Source: Paragordius varius
Lineage: Eukaryota; Animalia; Nematomorpha
DNA length: 64,000 nucleotides
Assembly: GCA_964247055.1 (NCBI GenBank)
Contig: OZ176055.1
Coordinates: 3,348,001 to 3,412,000 of the forward strand
Direction: 5' to 3'
Under the pieces are notes generated by a model. That model saw only the letters and a program-made list of their open reading frames with translations, was not told the DNA's origin and ran no database searches. Position 1 is the stretch's first letter. Every line of letters starts with the position of its first letter. Shown here piece after piece: positions 11,301 through 25,700 of the stretch. A program made the translations under genes and the position numbers.

Positions 11301-13780
11301 AACAATAATACGGCATTTATTAGTAGTGGTGATCCACAAGATCGCCAACATTTTTTACCATTACCACCAAAAACACAGCAAAAACCTGTTGGAAATACTG
11401 ATAAATTAACAACTAATATTAATTATAAAAATTTAAATCAATCAATAACGTGCCATAAAGAAGAATGTAGTCTAATGAATGTAACACCGTCTAAACGAAC
11501 CAAACTGCAAAGCGATGATAACCGTACAACAACACCCTTTTTACCAAGCAATTCGTTTTTCAAAGGTATTTTTATTTATTATTATATTGCAATTATAATT
11601 CTTCAGCTAAAATTATATAAGTTTGTTATGAATTTTCGATTATTACAAGTAATCTTTGTCAAACGTAAAAAAATTAAAATATAAACTATTAAATATAAAA
11701 TAAAAATATTTAATGAGATATGAAACTAAAAAACATGTGTTTATTGTTATTTAGAAAAGAGGTTGTAATGTTATTTATATTGTTGAGATCTTTTTTTCTG
11801 TTCATTATATTTTCTTCTTTGTTAATATAACTATTTCATTATTTGATGCGTAAATTTTTGGAATAGAATCTTAGTTGCCAAATTTATATTTATTTTAGAC
11901 TGTAAATGCCTATTTTTGAATTCATTTTTTTTATAAATAGGGACTAGATATGTAATTTGGGAACCTAAATAAACGTAATAGTTAAATACTCTTTTATATT
12001 TTTAATTTGTAATTATCTCACTACAAATATAATCATTTTATGTTTTTGTCCTAAATCAAATAAAATTATTAAATCGATTCTCTTTAATACACCCCAAATA
12101 AGATATTCAATCCACTTCAATAACCTTAACAACCAATAACATTTCAAACAATATGAATCTCAAAAGTGTGCCAGCAAGTAACGATACTAAAAATACACAA
12201 AAAGCTGAATATTATCGTTCTTCTAACACTACTAAACATCAACACATTGGTGTTTCATCACAGATCAATAACACAATTTTAGCTCAAAATACCATTAATT
12301 CCACTGAAGAATATAAACCAAATAAGAAATGGTATGTTTTTTATTATTACATTAGCGGATTCTTTAATTTTTTGTTAATTTAAAGTAAAAAACCCAACAA
12401 TACATAAGGTTGAACTTTGAGAGTGTTTTTGAACACTTTAAGTTGGTCTATAAACATTTCAAATTGGTCCTTGATCTATTCACATTGGTCTTACAAAATT
12501 TGTAAAGCACAATTTTACCATTTATTATTATCTTTAAATGGAAAATGCTGGCTTTGTGATCTGTTTTCCGAAAAACCAGTAGACCCATTCTAATCCAAAT
12601 GTCGGAAAAATATAATCAATAAATGCCCCGGAAACTTTGCCCTTTTTTGAATTAGGCCCCCAGTTAGGGCCTACCCCGTGTAAAAAACGTTTTTTTTTGA
12701 AAACAATCATGTCTTTGTGACAATTTTTCGGAAAACGGTTGGACCATTCGAATTCTAATAGAAATTTTTTTACTTATTTTCGATTGCGCCGAACATTGTT
12801 GGCTAGCTTTTTTAATTTAGGCCCTCTTTTTAGCTTCCTCTGTAAAATAAAGTCCACATAAATAATTTTTTGAATTTGTTTTTCGCCCAAAGTATGAGAC
12901 CGTAAAATTTTAATAAGGATTCCAGGTATACCCTCTTAAAAGGCAAAAACTTAATTCAGCGTTTCTTTTATATTGGCTCCCGGGTAAGGAGCTACTTGCA
13001 TCGAAAAAGCGTGCCTTTGGGGCTAAATTTCGGTAAACTATCAGGCCATATGAGTTCAAATATTACCCGTAACAAGGCAAAAACTTAGGTCGTGCTGTTT
13101 TTTAAATTAGCCCTCAATGAGGCCCTTCAGGCCCTAAAAAATGCGCTATCATTGAACTATTATTTAGTTTTAACTGCGTCACCATATCGATGCAGCATGC
13201 CTTTGAATCTAAATTTCAGAAAACCTATGATAGGAATATATGAAATCCATGATATTCCCCATATAAAGGCAAAAATTTTACCCAACGCTTTTTTTATATA
13301 TGTGCACGCCACAAACTGCGCACTATATATTGGATTTGTTTATCATACGTATTAATAATTTATCCATTTCACAACCAACACATGATGATCTTTCCCTTAA
13401 AAATTTTTGTATATCATAATTTAATTGGTACTTGTTTCAAACTTTCAAAAATCTTATAAATGTAAATAATATTTTAAAGGGAATTTCTATAAATTTTAAA
13501 GGGCTGTATCCAAAGTCGAGTGTTAAACATTTTTTTATTAAGGAATTAAACCAATCTTTTTTCTTACATATTTATTAGGCCACCCCAAGATACTAATCTT
13601 AATTATCAATCATTCGAGGATCGATCCAAACCGCGGCTAATTACAAATATTAATAACAACAATAATAATGATAGCAATCAAAAATTTCAACAGCGCATAC
13701 TTCCTAAATCTCCTACATTAGAATCACTCGAAGAAGAAAAAGCACGGTTAGTTCATAATTTAAATCAACTTACTGGATGA
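8394..13780 (+). CDS. CCNT: Cyclin T (P-TEFb regulatory subunit), 9 exons, 687 aa model
   Basis: Exons 8394-8548, 8611-8692, 8719-8911, 9172-9371, 9692-9764, 10416-10486, 10707-11565, 12103-12331, 13579-13780; all GT-AG and phase-consistent. Motifs [61 protein letters not shown] and [10 protein letters not shown] match cyclin T. The three C-terminal exons are low-complexity and less certain. Confidence 0.92.
12531..13330 (+). repeat. Dispersed ~800-bp repeat, copy A (cyclin T intron); possibly Helitron-like
   Basis: Colinear similarity to 25330-26125, e.g. AAATGGAAAATGCTGGCTTTGTG, TAGGCCCCCAGTT, AAGTCCACA, GTATGAGACCGTAAAA, CTTTTGGGGCTAAATTTC. Both copies begin A|TC; no 3' CTRR was found. 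Confidence 0.8.
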
Positions 13781-14039
13781 TAAAATTTAAAAAAATGGAT
13801 TATAAAAATGATTGCTTTCCATGACAAAATATCATATCAGCATTTATTACTCCTCACAATTCAGAAAATGACTCAATACCATATATTCATTTTTATTTAG
13901 AATTCATATATTTCATATATATATACATATATTGTGATATTATATTAGTGTAGTATACCACCATATATGTAATAACATAACATATGGTGAATGTAATAAA
14001 AAATATTTATTAACTCTTTTTCTATGTGTACGTGACGGA

Positions 14040-16359
14040 TCAGGAATTAATGTTGACTTTTGAGATAATGGAATAACCTCTAAAGAAAAAATTAAAACAT
14101 ATAATAATAAAACATCATGCATTTTTAAACAAATTTCAAATAGAGCCATTTTAAATAATATCAAATGTATTTTAACATGTTAAGTTTACATGTTTTATTA
14201 AACCATTATAATTCACGGTTTAACATTTCGCTTAGAAAATTCAATATAAATATTTTTGTTTACATTACGCAAAAAACCCTTACTCAATATTTTTTGATAA
14301 TCGGTAATATTGTTCAACGTAATCGGCTTTGGACAACAAATTAATAAAATCTTCATCATGTGTTATGATTATGAGTTGAAAATTCCGTTGTGCACTTCTA
14401 TCATTTACAATCCTAAAAAACATGTTATAAAGAAAATTGTTTTATTAATACTTAATGACCTTTGAAAATTATCCCAAGGCCATTTAAAATCAAATTAGCA
14501 ATGAGCCAAATTTAAAAATGTGCTTTATTTATTCAGCCTTTTAGGCGCATGCTACCAAAAAATATTTTTTAATGTAAAATTGTAAAAAATACTCATCTCA
14601 AACTTTTGCGCCGCCATTTTTTTTCGCGAACACAACATGCAAATAGATGGATATTATGGTTATAAATAATTAATTTTAGAAAGCTTTTAATTCATTATTT
14701 ACAGGCCTATTTTTATATCTATATCAGCTGTTAGTTTTAATCGTATTACGATGATATCTGAATCTGGGATAGTTAAACTACTGTTCTAAGTTTTTTTAAT
14801 ACAGGAGCAGAGGGTTTGAAATCTAGATTTTAATTAAAACTACTTTAACTTTTTTCACAGATGCACAAAATTTTCAATAGTATAATATTAAGGACAACTC
14901 CAAGTCTAACCTCGTAAGTTCTGATAGGAACGAGATTAGTTTACCAATTATTATTGACGAGAGAATTCAACACATTTTAAAAATATATTTAGTTTTTCTT
15001 AAAATTCGTTTTTTATTATAATTTACCAAATTTCAGAAAAAACTTTAAACAATAATTATATAAATTTTTCAAATTAACAACATACTGAATAAGAGCGTAA
15101 GCCAGACTCTCAATATTTTCAGCATCAAGATTGGTGGTCGGTTCATCTAAAGCCAAAATGCCACAATTAAGACAAAACGTTTCGGCTAATGCTAAGCGTA
15201 TGATTAGAGAAGCTAAAACCTAATGTTACATATAATTGGAAAATCGTATTAAAATTTGATCATGTATAATACAGTAAAAATTAACGAAATGTAAAAACAT
15301 ATAAAGATAAACATATTTTTCAAAGGACCGTATTCTTTTAAATATAGCTTAATATTTTTAAATTGCAAAATATGGAATAATAATACAAAATGGTAATTAA
15401 ATCAATTAGATACATCTCAATTGTAATTAAATGGTTAATATAGAAATAATTTCTCAAAAATATAAAATGATGCCTTTTTCAGCCAACAGATTGAGATAGG
15501 TTACTTTATTATCGTTATATTCAGATTAAACAACAGTTTTCTTTTCAATCGCTCAAAAAACAATAACCGGCTTGAATGCTTTTAAAATGCAGTTATTAAC
15601 AGTAAAAGGTAATTAATTAAACTACAAATGCAAATTTAAGCAGTTGATATATGATGTTATTAAATTAACATTAAATAATAAAAAATTTAAATGCACAATT
15701 GAGAAAAAGCGTTTATTAATGCATTCATATTCGAGTTTATGATAGCTTATAAAAAATTTAGAACTTTCAAACATAGGATTATCAGTTTTTTTCTTGTTTG
15801 ATTATTCCATTTACATATTTTCAAAAAAAATTAATGTTTTATAATTCTCAAAAAATAATGTTTTTTTCGAATAAGATTTGTGAGATATTACCTTTTGACC
15901 AGCACTACATCGGCTACGCATATCAAGTTCAACATCATCCTTTACCATAACAACCCGATAATTATACACGGCCCGTTGGGGTCCACCTTACATTATTACA
16001 ATAAAATAAAATGACTTTATCATAAAAATTTGATATAATTTGTACATAATCACGATTTTATGAATAAAATAATAAATAATAGCGCTATATAATGGTTAAA
16101 AAATCTGTGATTTCAAAATGCATTGAATTTATATGGTATATTGGGTATGAAATTCGCATTTTAAAAAACCTCAAAAAAGGTAAAATCCATAGGATAAAGT
16201 GTAAATATAAGTTATGTAAAGTCAAACTTCTTAAAAAACTGCAATATAAAATGAAAATGGTACCATATTTAATAATCATTTTCAATCAAATAAAAGTGGA
16301 TTGTTAAATATGGAATTGTAAAACATTAGAATAATATATTTAACAACCCTACTCATATC

Positions 16360-16407
<48 letters not shown>

Positions 16408-19400
16408 ATATACACTAAAAACATCTTAAACAAGGTTTAAGCTTATTTTTAATGGTAATTATACAACTTACTTTTAACTAACTTAAACTTAGATATTTAC
16501 CAATTATCTTTTTCAAATTCACCATAAAATACCATAGAAAAAATAAAATATTTTTAACTTATAAATCTTTGTACACCAATTTACCTAAAGATGCATCTAA
16601 ATGTTGTATTGGGACTTCGTTTCCCTTCAATTTTTTGGCCATTGATTTTGCATTCGTAGTTCGGCCTCTTCCACGCCCACGTTTATTGCCAGTATTTATG
16701 CTCGATCGATTTGAAACTAAAATAAAAAATGAAATGCATATATATATCGTTAATTATTAATTAAGGGTTTTGTTTATCGAGAAAATGGGCGTTTACTAAA
16801 TTTTAACTTTCTTATATTTAGCAAATTTAATACATTTTCGGATACTTGTTTAATTAATAAATTTACGAAACATCCAAATATTTTACTTGTGAACAAAAAA
16901 AATTGATTAAATATTTATTGATTGTCAAAACTTAAAACCCAAATTTTAAAAACACAAATTTTAAAGCATAAAAACTTAATGCTAATTACTAGATTCCTCA
17001 TAATCAGAATCTGAAACATTATTATTATTAGAATTCATATTGAATGGGGTATTATTTGAAGGGGTGTTGTTCATGTTAAACAAAGTGTCATCTAAATCCG
17101 AACGAATTTCAATGTAATCAATATCATTGCCACGATACGTCGTTTTCCATAATTGACGGATAATTTTGTTTATCTCATTCATTTTAAGGGCATGAAAAGT
17201 CATTATTGCTCTAAAATTATTTATAAAATTATAATTCAAATGGACTACTCCATAATGTCAATTGTGGGAAATATATAGCTTATATAATGATGCTTTTATA
17301 AAAATAATTGATTAAATTTAAACTCAAAAACTACCTTATATGAAATCCGAAAATATAATATTTTGTGAATTTAAATTAATTTTATAAGCGTTGTTTATTC
17401 AGTTTTACAAAAACATTATAAAAGAAAAAGGACAAAAAATACTAAACATTCAACGATAGTACCTGTCAAAAGCTTTGTGATAAATGGTGAGATCTTTTAA
17501 CGCTAATTGCGTAGTTCGATACTTTATTAAAGCTGATTTATACCGCTCCTTGCTATACTTGTACGTTTCATTTTGATTAAGTGTGTTCTAAAGTAAATAC
17601 ACAATTTACACTTCAAATTGACCTTGAACAATTCAAATTGACCCTAAAATATTATGTGTTTTTTGTAAATACCTGTATTTTTATATATTTTTTAAAAAAT
17701 TAAATTTAGTTTAAAATTAAAATTATACTGAAAAATAAATAAACTAAGCCATATAAATATAATACATATTAATAATGAGTTATATTAGCTCAAAAACCCA
17801 TCATTTATTTTTAGTGAATTGTGTTTAAGAGTGAATTTGAATTGTAAATGGTATATAGGCAAATGTATTAAGGGTATAAATATTTATAATGCATCTTTGA
17901 TGAACAAAAAATTAAAATAAAACCTTACATTTAAAACATCACCATAGGCAAATTATTAACAAAATTTATTTAACATGATATATTTGAAATCCAAAAACCA
18001 TGCATAAACAAATGATCAATAGTATAAATATAATTTTAAAAATACCTTTAATTTTGAATAAAATCATAAAACACCTTTATTAATAAATTTTCATTGGATA
18101 AAAAAAATCACTTTTAATCTCGCTATTTCACGGGCTAATTCGCTTTGCATTCCAGCCAATTGATGCGATTCTTGGATTAATTTATCCTTTTTGACTTTCA
18201 TTTCAGATATTTGTCTATGTTTGATTTTGAATTATAAATATAATATGATGATAAAAAAGATTGTGACCTATACTGAAAATTATAAATAATTTTAAAAACA
18301 AATTTTTTTTATAAATAAACCACATTTCTTTGGTTCTTGATTCGTTCTTAGCTAAACTATAATATAAAATTCTGGTTTAAATAATGGTAGCTATTTAAAT
18401 CACTATCCTCATTCTGCCACCCTAAATGATGGTTTAGGACAAAAAATTAGAATATAATAATTTTAGTTTATCCTATAAAAAATATCTTTCATTTACTTTT
18501 TTTGAATTGTCATTAAAATTTAAGTATTTACGGTATTTCGCAAAATTGATTAAATATTAATACCTTGTTATTTCTGAAACATTTAAGGCTTTATATTCGT
18601 CCTCGTATTCCTGCATATTTTCAATTTTTAGGATCATCTCTTTTTTCCAAGCCAACACCTGCAAAATTTCTTTGAGTGTTCGATTAAGGTTCTAATATAT
18701 AATTTTTAAAACAAACTTACAGATAATTAAATTGTAATTTATTAAAAATATGCGTTCAGCAATAATCGAACTATTTAAACGTCAATTTTTTTGGTTATAA
18801 GTTAAATAATAAAACAAAATATGAAAAACATTCCAATTTAATTAATAAATACATATATGTAATAAATTTTTAAAAAATAGGTTTTAAATTTAATTTATTA
18901 AAAATTTCATAAACACATATAAAACAAAGACATACCACATCTTTTAAATATCCAAATATAATGTTATTCTAAAACTTTTAATGTTTTAGAAATAATTTCG
19001 CTAATATCCAGTCAAGATTTCAGATAAAATATATTATAACATAGTGAGACCTCAGCATTAGATATTTGATCCTTAATAGAATCCATTTGCATTTGAATTT
19101 GTGTCCTTTGGTTTTTTATAGTTTCATCTTGATCTTCGAGACCTTTTAATTCAATTTCCAAATCAAGCAGGGCTTGCTGACCCTTGTGAATTGTGGTTGA
19201 ATGGCAGGGGTGTCTATAAAGTATTGATTGCTTAAATATATTGATTGATTTATAATTAACATTTTTTGCAGTTAATATGGAGATACACATTGAATTGTCA
19301 TAGGGTATTTAATTGTCGATAATAGGAAGCTTTTACTAAGAAGAATTAATAAATATTTAAACCGATTATACAAGTTCCAAATTTTTAAATTTAGTTTTTG

Positions 19401-19666
19401 GATTTGATATAATTACATAGCAGTTGAATTATTAGTTAGTAAATACCTAAAATACTATTTAATATAAAACTTTACACCTTTTGTTGTAAAAATAAGCTGA
19501 CATATAATTGATAAATAATAACTTTTCAATATTATCCATCATTAAGGTCAATTGTTTAGCATTTGATTCGGTCGATTCCACTTTTTCCCAAAGTTCTCGC
19601 CTATTTTCTTCCAATTCTTCATTTAAAAGAAGCAACTCGTTTTCTAAATCACTTATTTTATCCTGT

Positions 19667-19741
<75 letters not shown>

Positions 19742-22700
19742 GAAAAGATATGTATAAAATTATTAAATTCTAATAATTAATATTTTAATAACCCAAAGCG
19801 CTAATTAAAATATAACAATAAATATAAGCAGTTAATCATTATATTATAAAATAAAATATTTTAATGTTGAAAAACCAGTGTAATGTTTTTTAAATAAATT
19901 TTGTAAAACGGTAAAATTTTATAGTTGATTCCTACTGAATTTAGCATAGGAGGCTAAGACTCATTCCTTAATTATAATAAAGTTAAAATTTCTTAAAATC
20001 TTATCAAAAATTATAAACTAAACAACAAATTAGTTGAAAATATGGATAGGGTGCTTCAATTTAATATACCAAAAAAGAAAGAAAAAAACTCAGAAAATAA
20101 CCTGTAATGGCTTAATTTTTGGTGTTAATTCACCAATCATTCTTTCATGTTCGCCCTTTTGTTTAGTTAGCTCTTTCCGTTTTTCCTCCAATTGTACCAT
20201 ATTTTGGGATTCCCTTATATAGAATAGGGGGATGTATTTTAAAATAAACTACACACGGATATACCATTCATTTTTGGTGAAAAAACACTTTTACAAATGA
20301 AAAAAAAACCATTTTTTATTATAATATACTTATTATTTTCAATCAAAACACAAAATCTTTTCATCCTAAAACGCCGCTATGCAAGCATTGATTTTACAAA
20401 ACTATATAAATTTTTTCCTATAATATAGTTTTTTTATAAAAAAATTTGTCTTTAAATTTATCATAAATATATATAGTACCCTTGTAACTTTAATTTATCG
20501 GCTTGGAGCGTGTTTAATTGTTGACCCAAAGTGTGAAGTCTATCTTTGTGATTTATAAGTTTCTGTTTTTGAAAATCAATTTCCTTATTCAAACTTTCTA
20601 ATCTAAGATCCAATTCCTCCTTTTCCTCCAATAGCACGTTTAAACCTTTCCCCTCTAAAGAATATATATATTAATTTTTTTAAATCCGAAAAAAAAATTT
20701 CAAAATTGGTTTTAAACAATTTTATTTAAAATATACGGTTTAAATTTATACAATTTAAACAATTTGTTTTTTTTTAAAAAATAAAAATATATTTAAACGC
20801 AAATAAAAGTTTTGTTACATTTATGGCAAAACTAACCGTAACAAAAGGTAAACAATATCTAGATTATATAAAATAATTATGCAAAGATTAAAATTGAAAA
20901 ATTTTAGGTTGTTTTGCAATCCAGATATTACAAAAAACAAACCCTTATAGTGTGATCTTAATAAAAAATAATATTTAGAATTGTCATAAATTGGTATTCG
21001 GTATTAAATTAAATATTAAAGGATTTAAAGTTTTTAGTTCCTTGCCTCATGTTAAATATTGGGAAAATTGGAAAAATTAAACTATTATTCAATTAATACT
21101 TTATTAAAAAGGTACCATGACAATGGATAATCAAAATTAATTTTTACATTTTAACAAAAAAAATTTAAGGAAAACGAAATATCTTAAAATGATTTAAATA
21201 TACATTTTTTTACAAAGCCGTAAAAAATTAAATTAAGATTTAATTTAAAAATTAATTTTTTATATCTAGAAATTAAATAAACACGAAACAAACAAGCTTA
21301 CCGTAATGGTGTGAGGTTATTTTTGATTTTTCCTCCTCAATTTTACGCGTTAATTCGCTACATTCTCCAATCAATTTATCATGTAAAATGGCATCTTTAA
21401 CCAGCGATTTCAATTGGTTTTCAGCCTCTAACAATGATGTTTGATGTTTTTGTTCCTTTGATAAATGCGTTAAAATATTAAGAGTTATTGGCACAAATTA
21501 ATAAAAAAATTATAAAAATAATTTAACTTTTTTTTAGAAATAATACTTTTAAATTGTTGCGTGAAATTTAAGTTAAAAAGTTAACCGATGATTTACGAAT
21601 AACTGAATAGTAAATATTGAAATACAGAAAAAACGGAAAAATATAAAGACAAAATTTTTTTCTAAAGACAGCAACCATACTTTTCAAACCTTTATTCTAT
21701 TTATGTCATTCAATAACAATCGTAAAATATGTAATTTATGGTGTTACCAATATACATCTCTATTTAATATTTTAAAGTTTAAGTTATATATTTAAAGAAA
21801 TCAAGATTTAAAAAGTAGAGTTGTCTATAGAAAAAAATATTTGTCTTTATCTTATTACGTTTTGTCCGTATAATTTAAATTTTTATCTGCAAAATAAGAA
21901 AACCTCTGCTATTTTATATTTCGTGTCTGCCAGATTTTCATTGATGTTTTCAAGGGTCTTTTCCATGTCTGGTATTTCTTTTTGTTTAATCTTTTCTATC
22001 TAAGGCACAAAAATAGTTGATTAATATATTTTTGGGTTAAAATCTACATTTAGATAGCGAATTTATATAAAATTTACAAAAAAATAATCAAATATTTAAT
22101 ATGAACCGCATTCGATTTGGGTTTGTAACACATTAGTTTATCGTATTGAGGTGTAAGGCTTTCAATTTCTTTATCTAACTGTTGAATTTTGGCAGGGATA
22201 AGGCCTAATTTATGCTTCAAATCTTCTTTGAGCTTTGCTACATAATATAATAATAATAGTATTAACATTAGGATTAAATATAAAATTATGAAAATAGGTA
22301 CCGTTTTCGTTCCTACATATTTATTTTATAAAAATTTGGTACAAATTAATTTCCAGTTGCAAAAAAAATATTTATTTACAAAAAATTTTGGGTTTTCCGC
22401 TTAGCTTGATGATCTGGAACCGATTAAATATTTTGATATGCGAATTAGACAAAATATGTAAAACAGATAAATTCTTTGAAAAATTAAAATTAACACTTTT
22501 TATTTAAAATAAAATAAAAAAATTATATCTATATCATTTACAATTTAAATTCACCCTTAAACAATTCAAATTCACCCTTGAACAATTTAAATTCATCCTT
22601 AAATAAAATATATGTTTTTTAAGATTATGAAAAAATAATAAACTATGCCATAAATATATATTAAATTAATAATGAGTTATATTGGTTTAAAAACACATAA

Positions 22701-25700
22701 TTTATTTTTAGGGTGAATTTGAATTGTTCAAGGGTTTTGAATTGTTCGAGGGTAAATTTGTGTAAATAGTATATATATAGAACATTTTGACAATAAAATT
22801 GGCCTAGAATTTAGTAACACAAAATAACCAGTTCATTACAAATATTATTATTATTTACAATAATTGAAGTTTTCAGCAGCCTTGGTGGTTGAAGTGGAAA
22901 AATTGCGATCACAAACAGGACAACAATGTTTTTGTTCCACGCGTTCCAAAAATTTCTCATAGATAGTTTGACTACCAGCTAAAGCACCACGACGTCTACA
23001 CATTTAAAGTTTTTTGTTATGTAAAAAATGTTTTTTTACCATATTATTAAAAGAAAAAAAAAACCGATTCTTTTTCGTAAAATTTGACTTACTCATATAA
23101 TTCTTGTAGTTTTGTTTCCACATCTCTAATCTGAGAGCTCATTTCTTCCGTATTGTTAAACTATATAATAAGCAAAATAAAATATTTTAAATAATATATA
23201 TATATATACCATTTATAGTTTTAATTCATCCTTTCACTATTCAAATTTACCCTCGAACAAATCAAATTCACCCTTGAACAATTCAAATTCCCCTCTAAAA
23301 ATAAATTATGTGTTTTCCAACTAATATAATTCATTATTGATATAAAATATATCTTTATGACATATTTATTATATTTTCAGTATTTTATTTTAATATAAAA
23401 ATTTTATTTTTTAAAAATAATAAATATAGGTAAATTTTTATCTAAAAAAAACATATAATTTATTTGAGGATGAATTTGAATTGTTCAAGGGTAAATTGAA
23501 TTGTTCGAGGGTGAACTGAATTGTAAATGGTATATTTGTATATAAAACCTCATTTTGGCTATTAGCGATCTCTAGAAGTTCCTTTTTCAGTTCCTTAATT
23601 TTTGTTCGTAAATGCAATTTCTCACTTTCTAAGCCATAACTTTTTTGTTTCAATTCGGTAATGATATCCGTCGTTTTTTGTGTAATTTTAGTTGCACGGC
23701 TATGTAAGCAAAATAATAATGGAAATTTTTTTTTAAAATTTTAATAACCTATTAAAGTTATATCAAATAATTATTAAATATGAATAGGCATTAAACAATA
23801 TTTCGATATTCCATTTATGGTTAAAAATAATCAAAAATGTGAAAATATTATGACAACTTATATTTTAAAAACTAAATAAAATCATATACAATATCCGATT
23901 TATTTTAACAAAAGTTATATATGTTTTAAAGATTGTAACCAATATATCGTTAAATAATCTGAAAAAACCGCCAATTAATTATGTTTAAAGTTTCAGGTTT
24001 AAATAGCGTCATCAATTTATATAATTTCCATAAAACAAACTAAGACATCTTACAATTTTAATTTAAATTCCATACATAATACTTTGCAAGGAGAGTATTG
24101 TCCATTTAATTGCATATATATGTACTCCAATTTTAACAACATAAAAAAGCAAATTTTTTTTACAAATTATATACCTTCCAAGTTTGTCCAACACATCATG
24201 GGCTTGACCTGCATCAATTTTCGATTCCTCAAAACCGATTTCATTTTCATCATCATTTTTGTGTTTGTGAATCAAATTTTTTAGCGTTTCTGCACGCATC
24301 CTTATACGTTGGGGAAGGGTTAGGCATGTTATGGCATTTTGTTTTTCCGTTAAATCTGATTGAAACATACGTATCCTATTATCAATCTCAGCAGCGCCAT
24401 GTAAAACAGCAATTTGTGCATTTAATTTGGATGCCTGCACGTCTAAACGTGATTTTTGGCCCATGGATGCCGCTATTTCTCGTTTAAGTCTAAATAAATA
24501 GTGAAAAATCAATCAAAATCTTTTTTTAAAGGATAAAATATACCATTTACACCTCAAATTCACGCTCGTATAATTCGAATTCACCCTTAAATAATTCAAA
24601 TTTACCCTCTAAAATTTACCCTGGAACAATCGAATTCACAATCTATATTTTTTGGTATTTATAGAAATATGAATTGTATAAAATGATACTAAAAAAGAGA
24701 ATAAACTATGCCATTAAAGATATATAAATGATATTAAAGATGAGTCATAATAGCCGGAAAACACATCATTTAGTTTTAGATTTGGATAAGGGTGTATTTG
24801 AATTATAAATGTATATTTGTAAGTTTTTGATAAAAATATAAACTGGGTGTAAATGAGTTTCGCCTATTTTTTGTTTTAATCTAAATTTTGAGCACGAAAA
24901 AATACGCTTTTATATATATAAATTATTTCATTTATATTAGTTCTTGACGAATAAAGCTTTTTATATATTCCATAGATGCAGATTTTTAACGTTTTAGTCA
25001 AAATAAATTTGGAGCATAAAAAAATAAATTGCTTTTTTAAGGGAAAACAATATTCATTAAAATTAGATTTTTAACCGGTCAAAAAATAAAAACTTGGATA
25101 TTTACACGGGTTTTTTGCCCCAAAGATCTGCTATTTCACGTTTTAATCGAATTAATTTTGAACATAATTTAATCGCTTTTTAAAGGATATATGATTTGAG
25201 TTTTTGACCAATAATTATAAAACTGGCCTGACCTCTTATGAATGCAATCATCATAATAACCATAAATATAATATATATATTGTTACTAAACTAAACATAA
25301 ATAAGTTAAATAGTTTGTTTCATTAATAATCTATATATTTACAAAAATGGAAAATGCTGGCTTTGTGGTCTGTTTCCACCGGTAAACCCATTCAAATCGA
25401 AAATATCGAAAAAATATAATCATTAATAAATGTCCCGACAATAGCTTCGCCCTTTTTTTGAAATAGGCCCCCAGTTCGGACCCTAAGTAAGAACGGTTTT
25501 TCAAAACAGAAGTCCACAAAAATCGTGTCTTTGAGACAATTTTCCGGAGAACGTGTTAAACCATTCAATTTCAAATATGATTTTTGTTTACTTATTTTCA
25601 ATTGCGCCGAACATAGTCGGCTCGCTTTTTTAATTTAGGCGCTCTTTTTACCCGCTCCCTCCGTAAAATGCCATTTTTTTTAAAAAAACAAAGTCCACAA

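Noticed and set aside
15086-15225. Plus-strand open frame as a possible final cyclin T exon
   Set aside because: The minus strand encodes the RAD50 Walker B/D-loop exon ([11 protein letters not shown]); cyclin T stops at 13780.
19508-19780. ORFs with YIYIYI repeats
   Set aside because: They are translations of the (TA)n microsatellite, antisense to a RAD50 exon.
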